17,285 bases of DNA from Geosiphon pyriformis uo1 (taxonomy: Eukaryota > Fungi > Glomeromycota). Each line of letters starts with the position of its first letter. Within the stretch, counting starts at the first letter, position 1. Under the pieces are notes generated by a model. It had not been told where the DNA came from. It saw nothing but the letters and a program-made list of their open reading frames with translations, and made no database searches. The stretch lies in NCBI GenBank assembly GCA_016748015.1, contig JAAOMT010000431.1, forward strand, positions 1 through 17,285, written 5' to 3'. Shown here piece after piece: positions 1 through 11,932 of this stretch. The position numbers and the translations under genes were made by a program.

Positions 1-261
1 TCTAGTAGTTCCAATCCCATGTTCTAAAGAAAAACCAAGTAAAATATTGTCTGTCGAACGTTTTGAACTTTTATTATTCAAGCAATTGAATAGTTCTTCA
101 GGTGTTTTCATATTGCGCATTAGGTATTTTTTCACAAAGTTGGCAACTTTTGAATATTCACTAGTTGGAGAATTGGCCAAATTTTCTCTGATGATAATTG
201 ACGCTCCTTCAAGCCAGTCGAGGTTTAAGGTTGCGTTTTCAAATGATGAAGTTGAAGACAT
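1..261 (-). CDS. 5' end (87 codons) of a Sel1-like repeat protein gene copy running off the left edge
   Basis: Inverted copy of 15366-15626: MSSTSSFENATLNLDWLEG...NILLGFSLEHGIGTTR, ATG at 261-259, open to position 1. Whether it continues into an SLR array cannot be seen. Confidence 0.8.
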   Translation of the reverse strand, partial: MSSTSSFENATLNLDWLEGASIIIRENLANSPTSEYSKVANFVKKYLMRNMKTPEELFNCLNNKSSKRSTDNILLGFSLEHGIGTTR

Positions 262-1006
262 GATTTTCAAATGACACAGATAAGTTAAAAACCTTGAATA
301 TTTTCTATGGGTAAAGAAAGATTTTTAACGAGTTCATCTTTGCTATTAAATAGGGATTTCAACTTATAATTTTTTAAATCACATTCCCAAGCAGGCTAGG
401 TCTTGGGAAAAATCTGAAACGCTGGAATATTCTGAAAATAAATTTTACTTCATAAAGGTTAGATTCCTTCATTTACATTGCTTAAATGGGCAAAAGGCGC
501 ACTATGCTTGTAATTATATCATCGCTATTTTTTTAAGTTACACTCTAGTTGGTGATTGCTGACGTCAATAGCTCATTGATAAATTTCTTTAAGATTTTCT
601 ATATGCATAATCTGGTTCTAAGGTTGCAGATCTTCTTTTCTAGCCCTAGCTGATTGGTAATAGCTCCAATAACAGGTTTAACATAATTCCTTCTTTCTCA
701 TTTATCTTTGAATTTGAGCGAGTAAATAAAACTAATTTAAGTATTAACGTGAAAATCCTAAGCCTTAACATTTAGCCTAAAACTTCATTTACTTATTTAT
801 ATTGAAGATCATCGAGAACAGGAATTCAAACTTAAATGACTGCAAAGATGCAAAAAGGCGAACTATGCATATTGCTATTTTTAGTTTAAATGAAAACTTA
901 AAATTGAGTTACATTTTGATTGGTGATTGCTGGTTTCAATAGCTCATTGATAAATTAGAGATTTTTCTAAATGCATAATTTAGTTTCAAAGTTGCATATG
1001 GTCTTC
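1..1006. repeat. Left arm of ~1 kb inverted repeat (may extend beyond the window start)
   Basis: Reverse complement of 14610-15626. By manual comparison 1-696 pairs with 14931-15626 with no mismatch or indel seen (coordinate sum constant at 15627). 697-1006 shows roughly a dozen substitutions and two small indels. Similarity stops after GTTGCATATGGTCTTC (1006). Confidence 0.97.
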
Positions 1007-1130
1007 GTTAGCCCAGCCGCTTTTTTTAATATCAGTGATAGCTTGATAACAAGTTTAATACAATTTCCCTTGACTCTCGCTTCCATAATGTTTATCTTGA
1101 ATTTCAACGAGTCTATAAACCCAATTTAAT
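481..1130. repeat. Degenerate tandem duplication (units ~481-745 and ~831-1130) upstream of the SLR gene
   Basis: Shared collinear blocks: CTTAAATG..CAAAA(A)GGCG.ACTATGC, TTGGTGATTGCTG...TCAATAGCTCATTGATAAATT, ATGCATAAT, GTTGCA, ATAACA.GTTTAA, TTTATCTT(T)GAATTT..CGAGT. Confidence 0.85.
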
Positions 1131-4100
1131 TAAATAATTATCAAGAAACTGCTTTATGCATTTTATCAATAAATTATTATAAAGAAATGGTAAACCTCGA
1201 TATTGCTTTGATTTTCAGTCCAAAATTGTTGAAACTTAAATTTTTATCCGTTTTGAGCGTCTTTCACTTGGGAAATATTTGTATAAAATTTACTTACAAA
1301 AGTTACATCTCTTGCCTTGAGACGAAGTATAATCAATTTATAAGATTTGATATATTCGGCATTACTTTATAGAATAAAAAAAATTTTGGCTCTAATAAAA
1401 GAATTCACTCAAAAAAAGAAATTGAGTATATTAAAAGCTAACAATGTAATTTTACCAAGTTTATTAATATCTAAGTTCTTAAAATCTGAGAACAGTTCGT
1501 TTCTGCAAAGCATTTTAAATAAAAAAAATTGTTCACCTGATTGTGTCATTATAGGTTTAAGAATAAATTGATCCTTGTTAGTCAAGCTCGGGATGATGAA
1601 CAAACTAAAATTAAAATGAGGGAATAAAGAAGTTGTTATGAAGCAAAAGTTAGCAAGACCGAGTTATACTAAAAGATTCAGAACAAGTTTTGTGAAGCTA
1701 TAAAAAACATTAAATCTTGTTGTTTCAAAATTACTAGCGTCTTTTTTTAATTGAGTTATTATTTAAGTGAAATCGAATCAATTATTAGAACAGAGTTTTA
1801 AATAAATTAATCATACGTATAATCAATCAAATAATTTCTGTTCAAACCACTTTGCCAATTCCGAGTTCACTAACAAACTTTCTTTATGAACTTTAAAAAA
1901 TACCTGTCTAATTGAAATTCAAATTGACATTTATATATTAACAGTAGCCAATTTTTTCAAAAACCTTAAAAATTTCATTAAGTTTTTAAAGCTGACATAA
2001 AAATCTGGCCAGATTCATTGTGTTTTATATTTCAAGATACTGAAGTATGAGCAATAAGCGTTCAGAAATTCAATGTTGCAAACTTTCTTTTTGACAGTTT
2101 CAAAATATGAAATTCAATATCCCATGAATTTGCAAAGTTTATTTTCCTTTAACACTTTTTCAAACTTAAAAAAGAGTAGTTTAGAAAAATCCTTAAAATT
2201 AGGCCACCTATTGCTTTAAGCATGTGGTCCAAATTATTTGAGATTATTATTATCATATAAACATCTTTAATTTAAATGCCCTGATCGAATACCTTATAAA
2301 ATAAATATTTTGGAAAGATTGATTTTAAAAATATATTCTTTGTATTTTGCATAATAAAATTTTATTAAATTTCAAACTCGAAAATTTTATTATGTGAAAA
2401 TAACAAACCTACTATTAAAATCCATGTTTCATCTTTCACGAAATGTAAAAAGTTTTTTTTCGATAAAAACCTACAATAAATCATAGAGATGTACTTTTTT
2501 TTTCACCCAATTGAAAATAAATATTGATGAAATATTTGAGAATGCTAACCTTTATTCAATCAAAAACGATAAATTAAATTATTTCATTTTACACGAGTAT
2601 TAATAGCCAATTCATATTAGGAGTAATAAATGAATGATATAGAAAATTCATAAGGTTATTTACAATGATACGCTATTGAAATTTCAAAAATTTATGGGGG
2701 AATTTAATTTCAAAAACTCTGCTAATTAAACATGAATCTGACTTTTAAAAATAACCATGACAGATTTTCGACGAGCTTTAGCTAATTTTTTGTTCTTCCA
2801 AACTTTTGTTATGGACTTTCATCTCGTGGCTATTTTAGCCTTTCTGGGGACAATATTTTATTAGAGATTTTTGACTTTGCCACAAAACAACGAGCAATAG
2901 AAAGCTCAATGGTCATAAGATATGAGAAGTGATGTGCCGTTAACTGACGCAAGAATGTCAAATAGCATTATCTTAATTGTAAAATATCCATTCGGAAACA
3001 CTAGTTTTACAAAAAGTCCAAATTAGCTTAAACTCTTTTTTTTGATACCTTTTTTTAATGGTGAAGTTTCACCAAAATTTATTAAAAGGAATATATATTT
3101 TGGTTTTTTGCAATATTTGCTACAACTTTCTGTCATAACCAAATTCAGAGATACCAAAACAAAGCTAGGTTTAAAAGTATGGAAAATGGAAATGTTTTTG
3201 AAAAATTTATTGCTGCCAAAATAAAATTTGCTGGTTTATAATAATATGATATTATTTATTTTAAAAACTTGGTTTTAACAATTTGTGACTTTAACTTATT
3301 AATTAATTTTTATAAACAAAGAAGATATTAAAATTTTCATTCTGTCAAATTTAAAAAATTATCAGTTAAAAACATTTTTAAGACCAAATTAGTTAACGTT
3401 TATAATTATTAAAAAGATGCAATTGTTACTTTTAAAACTGGTGCATTAGAGAAACTAAGATTATTCTTAATTTTTTTACTTTTAATCAATTATTTTTTGA
3501 TTTTTAATGGTTAATTTATTTAATTTATATTTAGATAGCTGTTAACTGTTGAGTTAAAACTTTTTTAAAACAAAATTTACCAAACTGCTTATATGTTTGA
3601 ATTTTTAAATAAAGTAAACATTGTATTAAAAATTATTATATTTAAACTAATAAATTATTGCCAATTTTAAAAAATATTTAAAATGTTTTTGGCCAACAAA
3701 AATGCTATACTATGATCTGTATTTAGAGATAATACATACAATCCAATTAAATAGTTAAAAAATCTGTTATAACTAACCAGTATAATAATAATTCCCAAAT
3801 TCAAATAATTGGTAGATATCTTGAGTTACTTGGTTCCATTAATATAAACAAAAACTAGTTAATTGAGTAAATCTTGATAGAAAATTTAGTTTTTTACCAA
3901 AAAATGAGAACTAATTTATTTTATGCTTTTTTAAAAAAGCAATTATTCAAAAATAAACAACCAAAAAATCTAGAATTTTAACAAAACAAAAAAAAGGTTG
4001 CTTATATTCAATTATAAAGTGATTCATGTATTTATAACATATAAATCGGTATTTTTCAAAGTTTATTCTATAGTAATACTTGAAAAAATATGAAAAAGCT

Positions 4101-4726
4101 TAAAGGTATTAAAAATTCATAATTATATTCAATTTTTCAATAAAAATCTTTTTGAATGCAAGATTAAATTGATAATAGAGTATTCTTTAATATATTTTTG
4201 GTGTCATTTTTCAAAATAACGAAAAGTACTACCAAAAAGCAGAGATATCAATAATATACTATTCACAAAGAAGTCCCTTAAATAATAAATCAAATAGTTT
4301 TCGAGATTTTTGTTTATTTGTGCGATTTCAATCTGAGATCTCTTTATTAAGGATTGCATGTAAAAAAAAACAGATTTGATTCAATTTGGCAATGCCACAA
4401 AAATTGATGGGGGACAATGAAGTGATTTTCTTGACTTGAGGTCATTTTAGATTATCATTTTACAATTCCCAAATTGAGCCTTTAAAACCGCAAATCAGAA
4501 TGGAAGGGGTGATTTAGTTTTTTGCAAATCAAATCTTTCATACACAGGCTTTAATAATGTGCACTTTCGAAAAATAAAAGCTATGAAATCAGTGCGTTTG
4601 ACATTGATCAAAATTAACATCTTTTTTTGATTTTTTTGACAAGCGGGTGTCTGGCAAAATTCAATCACAATACGTATCGTTTCAATATTGATTTTCGATT
4701 TATAGCAATCGTTGTTCTGTTCTCGA

Positions 4727-4797
4727 CTCACGTGAGCCAATAACGATGCCAGCATGCCTCACTTCCTGCTATGTCATCATTTGAGACAGTGACGTCA
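4727..4797. promoter_or_regulatory. Cluster of candidate cis-elements (E-box palindrome, CCAAT, CRE) in a locally GC-richer island
   Basis: CTCACGTGAG palindrome 4727-4736, CCAAT 4737-4741, TGACGTCA 4790-4797. No associated gene identified. Confidence 0.3.
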
Positions 4798-6678
4798 GTA
4801 GGCTGGAAGATAATATATTTTTTCAGACACAATTAAACGAAAAAAAAAGAATGGAATAATACTGAAAATACTTCACGTCTTAGAGCCTGTAACTGTCCTG
4901 GTTTGCTAACTTTTCATTTGGCCTTCCTCATATTTGTACTTCATTAGCCTGTTCTTTAAAAAGGTCAAAATCTCAGAAGAGAAGGGAAATTAGCAGGCAA
5001 ATTTCTTCAGCTCTTCCCACACCAACAATTCAAGAATTCAGAAATGTTTTTTCTCATTAAAAGTAAAAGTGACACTTTAATTCTTAAGGTGAAAGAACTA
5101 ATCAAAAAGACTTTCAACACATAATTAAAAATATTGAATATAATAAATTTATTATCTGGAAAGTTAATATTTCTTCTAACCAAAAAAATAAAATTAAGCA
5201 TCTCAGTCTCAATAAAGCAAACAGTCTAGATGAATTCAAATAATTAGTAAATATTAACTTAAAAAGTTTTTTCTTAAATATTTTCACACCATAATTAGAA
5301 TTATTCCTGATAAATAATTGATATTGGCTTTTTTTTTAATATCTCAATTTGTTTTAAACATCATATTTTTAAACATTGACTACTGGTGTGTTGAAAACTA
5401 CATTTTATATTATACATTTTTTTCTTATATATATTGATTAACAGTAAAAAAAATTTGGACCAAATATTAAAATATTCTTAAAAATGATTATTTATATGAA
5501 GAAGCTTAAATTCAAAATAAGTCTAATAATTTTTTAGATAGAACAAAATAATAAAATTTGAGCATTGATTATTTGTCAAAATTATATTGTAATAATAACT
5601 TTTATTTTGTTTTTAAATACTTATTTATTTGTATTATTCATTTTCTTAATTATTACAAACTAATTTTGAATATTGTTAAGATAAATTCTTTTTTAAAAAG
5701 TACATTAATTATTTTATATTAAATATTTTAATAATTCAAAACTTTGAATAATATGTTATTGAATTTATATTAACTTAATATTTTTAATAAGAATGAAAAT
5801 TTGTTTAACAGCATATTAATTACAATAAACTAAAGTTGATAATATATAATTATTATCGTAAATTAGGCATTAACAATTACAAAATTATTATTAATAATAA
5901 ATTTTATTTTTTTATTTCATTCTTAATTTAGAATTTGGCACTTATATTTATGCTTTATAAATAATAAGTAAAACTTCAAATGAGATTAGAAATATACAAA
6001 ATAAATAATATTAGCACATAAACATTTCAGATAACTTAGTTAATTAATTTTTAAAAACAAAATCTTTGGCAATTAATATTTATATAAGTTCAGTTTTTAA
6101 AACATCATATAATAATCTAAAAATCGGAAAAATCTTGTCAAAAAAAGGCACACTTTTAAATATAGACTTTTTAGTACACTGGCTGTTTTCTGTATAATAA
6201 TTTCATGTAAAATCAGCAGTTTTTTGGCTAGTTAAGCTAAATGTTACACCAAAACTGTTTTAATCCAATCAAAATTTTTTACCAAAAAGGACATCAATGT
6301 ACTTAATAGTACATTTGATTTTTCATTAAGCACAATTAGTAAACTCACAGAAGTTCTTTACAAAATGTTATGCATTGTTTGACACAACAGAACACCTATT
6401 TTAAAATACTTTTTTTTAATTTCAATCAGCAGCAAATACTCAAACTTGGTTATAGTACTGGCCTAATTTTTCAATCTCTTAAATATTCTTGTAACCAAAA
6501 ACTTTAAAATCTAAAATAAAAATTTTACCGTGTTAAATTAGCATATTTATCTATCTGCGAAAATCCAAACATTATTCAAAGAGGTAAATAGCTGGTGCAA
6601 CTAAAAAAACTTTTAAGCGATCATTCAGAAGCAGAAATTCACATAAATTATTTCAGGTATTAACTACTAAGTTATTAC

Positions 6679-6743
6679 CAATGAAGCAGTCAGTTATTGA
6701 GCAAAGAATAAAGTAATTATCAATGAAGCAGTCAGTTATTGAG
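6679..6743. repeat. Short direct repeat, 42-bp period
   Basis: CAATGAAGCAGTCAGTTATTGAG at 6679-6701 and 6721-6743. Confidence 0.9.
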
Positions 6744-7084
6744 AAATGAAACTTTCAAAAAAATAGTGAATACTGATTTTTTCTATTAAAAAAAAGGCTA
6801 TGTTGAACTCACGGAATAAGATACTCCCATAATCATACAGATATATGGATTTAGGAAGGATAATGAGAAATTTTACATAGGATCAATTATATTTTAACAT
6901 TGGGACAATATTAATTCTTTACTTTCTTTAAAAGACATCTATTCTCTTTGATGATCCAATTTTGGCTTTAGTGATTGTAAGACAACTTAAATTTAAATTG
7001 GCGTAAGATTTTAAATATTACACTAAATCAGGATTTTCAAATTAGGTTCGACAAAAACAATCTTTCGAAAGAGTTTTACTAATA

Positions 7085-7478
7085 CAGTCTGGGACAATGG
7101 AACAAATTTACAACCTAATGAATTCGGGCCGATTTGCATTCTGTAACATACTGTAGTATAGAACTGGAACACAAGGTAAGTGGCCAAGTCTCTGATAAAT
7201 TTTTTAGCGCATTATTATAATAACTTTTTTAAAAAACCTTACTTTGAAATGTCAGTTTCTAAGGCAAAAAAATGCAACCCAAGCCGTGCTATATTTGTGG
7301 AAGGAGGGAAATGGACGACGAAAGAAAATTACGACAAATGCTGATATTCCCTAATCAGGTTAGGGGGATCGATGAAGCGGCTTTGTGAACTAATTATAGA
7401 AGATTTACCTTTAAAATAAGATTAATTTGATTTGTTAGTTGAGATATAATAGCCATCCATATTATTTGTCCCAGAATG
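7085..7478. mobile_element. Candidate non-autonomous Tc1/mariner-type element (MITE, ~394 bp)
   Basis: TA|CAGTCTGGGACAA ... TTGTCCCAGAATG|TA: 12/13 terminal inverted match, starts with CAG and is flanked by TA on both sides, as expected for Tc1/mariner. Confidence 0.5.
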
Positions 7479-7854
7479 TATCAGTAATTTGATCCAATTT
7501 TATCTTTTCTTTTTTTTTCACTGGTGATTTCTTTGCAAAGCTAATTAAAGAATATTGTTTGACCGTTCTATGAAAATTCTTTAGCCGTTATTTGAAGCAA
7601 TCAGGCAAATTGCTATTTATAATGACTCATTTGTTTCAATTTATTTAAAATTGGGTTGTCTCTCAACTGCTTGAAAGCCAAAAATGCACCGATAAAAAAT
7701 AATTGGTAAACTTTTGAGACAGATAAATCTATTCTCCCTATTTGGACTTTAATTTTGATACACAAGCAAAAACATTTTATTATTGCATAAAAAAATACAA
7801 AATAATAATTATAATTAAAAATATTTATTTATACTATTTCTTGTTTTTTTTTAT

Positions 7855-8780
7855 ATTATAAGCTCTATTCCAACTACTGAACTCTCTGTAATTTAGTGAA
7901 GATGTACAAGATTTGCAGCAAGCTGATCAGGTAAGCAATTTTATTATTTTGTTAATTGGACTTTTAAGTTTAAATTTATTTTTTCTACATTATTTTATAA
8001 ACCTCAAATATTCTGAATCAGGTCATATTTGATAGTCATGAAATAAAATTAGCATCATTTTCCTGACTTTTTCAACAATTTTTTGGATCATTGTCTTTCT
8101 ACAAGGCTCACTTTATAAAATTATTTCAAAAAGCATATCAACAGATGAAAAAAGACCCCATTTTTATATTTTAGTCATAAAATCAGCATTGAGACTGTGT
8201 TGGGAAGCTAAAAATTTTACCAAAACCTGAAAGCTGAAGCTGAAAAACAACTCCATACATTAACTTTAAATGGGTGCTTTACAGACCGGAATAATATATT
8301 TGTACAAGAAACTGCCAAATTTTTAAGGTTGGTTGGTTTGGACGAAATGTGCCTTCATCTGAAAATATAACTTGACTCCAGTTAAAAACTTTATGACTTT
8401 TTGCCCATTGCAAACGGGGTTTTTTGTTTGTTAATGAGTAAAAATTTGGAAAGGTTAGCCACATATTTACTCTGGCTCGTACGTAAACGTCGTTGAACAG
8501 AGTCTACACTAATTTTAACGTTTTGTTTTTTCATTTCCCTTTTATATCAATAATTAAATGAATTTTTTTGCAAGTTGTACAATTTTGGCATATTGCTTGG
8601 GCGTTGTAATTCGATTTTGATTGGTCACTTGGGTTTATTGTTTCCTTACATCTTTTAGCCAATAAAGAGCTGTAGACTTACTACAATGAATGTACTTTGC
8701 TATATCTGCAAGTCCAAGTTTTTGGGTTTGGGATGTATTTGAAAAAATGATTTCGTATCGCTTATATATTGGAACTTGAT
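7855..8780 (-). mobile_element. Degenerate Tc1/mariner (DDE_3-type) transposase pseudogene
   Basis: Minus-strand fragments in the expected order: HTH region KRYEIIF..KLGLADIAKYIHCSKSTALYWLK, ISVDSVQRRL, RLQWAKSHKVFNWSQVIFSDEGTF (first catalytic D), KHPFKVNVWSCFS, DNDPK (second D), and a decayed WPxxSPD..E region near 8010-8040. Many stops and frameshifts. Boundaries approximate. Confidence 0.88.
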
Positions 8781-8975
8781 CATCGTAAAATATCTAATGT
8801 GGAAGATCTATCATTCGGAGAATTTTCTCTATTAGACTTTAAACCCAAGAAAAAAATCTTTTTAAAACTGAGGAACCTTATTTATTTACCTGGAATAAAG
8901 AAAATTTCTCGATTTTTACATTATTTACAAAATTAAAAAGTTACTCATATTGAGTCTAGATCTGATTTTATTGTA

Positions 8976-8977
<2 letters not shown>

Positions 8978-9015
<38 letters not shown>

Positions 9016-9045
9016 TAATAATAATAATAATAATGATGATAATAA
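8978..9045. repeat. (AAT)n microsatellite with GAT interruptions
   Basis: About 22 trinucleotide units read directly. Confidence 0.97.
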
Positions 9046-9136
9046 AAATACGGGTTTATGGTTTTACTATAGATATCCAAAATCATTTTTAAAAATTCAG
9101 TTTTAATTTGTAAGGAATTTTTAATATCTTGATTAA

Positions 9137-11182
9137 ATAGCTTTCTTTTAAATCATCCTCATTATCACCCTCCTTATCTCTCTTTACCTTTATAAAACAA
9201 AATTATTAAAAGCACCAGGCCGGATTCCTATTTTTGGTAAGTTTTAGAAATTTTGCATTTTATCAATATTAACAAACCCCCTATGATATTCTATATCTTA
9301 AATTTTTTTTATTATAGGACATTTATTTTTAATAAGTCGGGATATCTATAAAAACGTAATTAGAATTTAATATTCTTTAGGTTACTATTAATTGTTTATT
9401 TTATTAAAAGACATTTTATTTAATCTAGGTACGCAGATTTAGGTGAAATATTTACAATTTACATTGGCCCTCAGCGCTTTATCATTCTAAACAGCGCTAA
9501 AAGTTGTTAACGAATCTTATTCAAAAACGTAAGTATACATTTTGAGATTCTACTCACTTAGAAATTTAATAAAATAGAAAAACTTTAATATTTAATTTTT
9601 AATAAGTGGTGCGATTTATTCCACTAATAAAATCACATATTTAAGCAAAACTTTCACACAAAATAAGAGTATAATCACCTTATAATGAGTGGTATCGAAG
9701 AGTGATGATATTTGGTAGGAGATTAATTAATCTATTGATTATTTTCATTTTTTTTTTAAAAAAATCTTGAAAAACTTGATATTAAATTGAAAATTTTTAA
9801 TATTCACTTTGATATCTCGTAACTTTTTAACTCAACAAAAAGTTGAATCGTATTATAACTTGATTGAAAAAGGCACCAATGACCTTCATAACAAAATTTT
9901 GAATGATTGCAACGAGCCCAACGGCATCGATCCTTACCATTAACTACGTTTCACCTCATTTAATATCATAATCAATGTCCTCTTTACAATCCAATTGAAA
10001 GATTTTAATGATCCACTTTATAAAAAATTAGAACAATGTTTTACAAAAACTCTCGAAATTTTGGCTTTAAAAAATGTGTTACCAAATTTATTCCCAATAT
10101 CATTTTCATTTCCTCCCTTTCGACAAGAGATCCCAAAACTTATCGAAACACGTAATGAATGGTAAAAAGTAACGGGAAACTTATTGAAAAGAGTAAAGGA
10201 TGATTCAGAAAAGAAATATTGTGTTTTTCGAGATTTTTTAGAGAAAATAATTCAAGGCTCCATTGATGAGTTGGGCGTTGTTAAATTGTGCAATTATTTT
10301 ATATTAGCAGGAACAGTTAGTTCAGAAATCTTATTTTATTAGATTAAAATCACTATTGTGACTCTGATAAATTCTTTGTCAATTCTAGGAAAGCGTAGCA
10401 TTTACTATATATTTGATTACTACAATTTTGGCAAATAATCCAAATTTTCAGCAGAAAGCGCACGAAGAATTAGACAGAGTAGTTGGAAATGAACGTTTAC
10501 CAAACATATCGGGACTTTAACTCACTTCCATATATCTGATCGCTAGTTAAAGAAGCTCTTTGTTGGGCTCCTCCAGTTAAGAAGCTTTTTTATAAGTTAT
10601 TTTTCCCCAAAATCAACTTATCTTTATATTAATCATTGTTCTATTATTATTATTAGAATCCAACACCACTGAGGTTTCTTGAACAAGATAATGATGAATA
10701 TTTAGGATATCATATACCAAATAATTCATGGTGTCTGCATGAATATTTTTGCGTTTAATTCAGACAAAAATCGTTATAAAGATCCCGACGTTTTCAATCC
10801 TGATCGGTTTCTTGATTCAAAAGAGAGTATGGCTACTTCGGGCAAGGGGTCCCTACCAAAATTGAGATCATTATTCTTTTTCAATTGGGAGACGACTTTG
10901 TACTGGAATTTACTTGGTAAGTTTTAATGATTCTTTTGTGTCTTCATATTATTTTCCCTCTAGATTTCTAAAAATAAATTTTATTTTTAATATGCTGAAG
11001 CGAAATTACTTTTTATTTTAAGTAGTCTACTTTGGACCTTTAAATTCGAAAACGTGAAATGAGATGTAACTGGAAGGGTTCTTCCAATTGATCTAAAAAA
11101 TTCGTTTAAAAGTATTCTTCAGACTCCTAATCCATACAATGTTCGATTCATTACTAGACATCAAGAAATTAAACCATTTTAA
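9137..11182 (+). pseudogene. Multi-exon cytochrome P450 pseudogene
   Basis: N-terminal membrane anchor plus Pro-rich APGRIPIFG, GEIFTIYIGPQRFIILNS, I-helix ILAGT, QQKAHEELDRVVGNERLP, K-helix KEALC (ExxR lost), FNPDRF, heme motif FSIGRRLCTG (10878-10907), C-terminal PYNVRFITR with stop at 11180-11182. Disablements: probable start is ATA, stops at 9149, 9941, 10163, 10537 and 11060, plus frameshifts. Confidence 0.93.
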
Positions 11183-11932
11183 CCTATAATTAAATATTAA
11201 AACTATTAAAATAACATTTTCATGCTCCTTTACTTCTTTGTTTTAAACATTATAATGCTAATTTATGAGAAGATGTATAAATATATTTTATAATTAGCAT
11301 TTTATAAAATATTTTAAATATTTTAAGGTTACTGGGGTAACTAAGTTATGTATTTAATAGAGAATGAAAATACTAGCTATCTTAATATTGTAAAAATTTA
11401 ACATTCACCTGAATTATTAAAAAAAATTTTGAATGTTTTTAAAATATCTGAATTGATTATGTATAATGAAAAAAAGATATGAATAATTAAAAATTTTAAT
11501 ATTTTTATTTTAATCAATAAATATATTTCTTATTAAGCATAACCCAAAATTCTTGTCCAAAATTAGAAAACTTTTTTATACTATAATTTTCATAAGCTCA
11601 TGAAAAATATTTTATATGTAAAGTAATAACAAAGAATTTCCTTTTTCCAAGTAAATCGATATTGTGTTCATGCTTTTTTTTTTTAGGTTTGCCCTTGTAT
11701 ACATCATAATTTTAAGTGCTTATTTTAATGAATTATTTACAAATAGATTTTTATTAATTTTATATATTTAACAAATTCAATTTTATTAAAATATAAAAAT
11801 TTGATTGTACTTGTTTGTTGTGTAATATATCTATAAAATTAGCATATGAGATAGTATTAACTTTATTCTTGAAAGGTCCTCATCAAAAGATTTTTATAAA
11901 ACCCAAGAACTTGAAAATATTATTAATTTTAG

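Noticed and set aside
47-274. 75-aa ORF MSVERFELL… and its twin at 15353-15580
   Set aside because: Antisense to the SLR N-terminus with a non-ATG start. The two are identical only because of the inverted repeat.
2757-2864. Short hydrophobic ORF MTDFRRALANFLFF…
   Set aside because: Only ~35 codons, with no recognisable motif.
1187-5201. Short ORF-track calls (1187, 1347, 3042, 4495, 5007)
   Set aside because: F/I/K/L/N-rich translations typical of random AT-rich DNA, with no family motifs.
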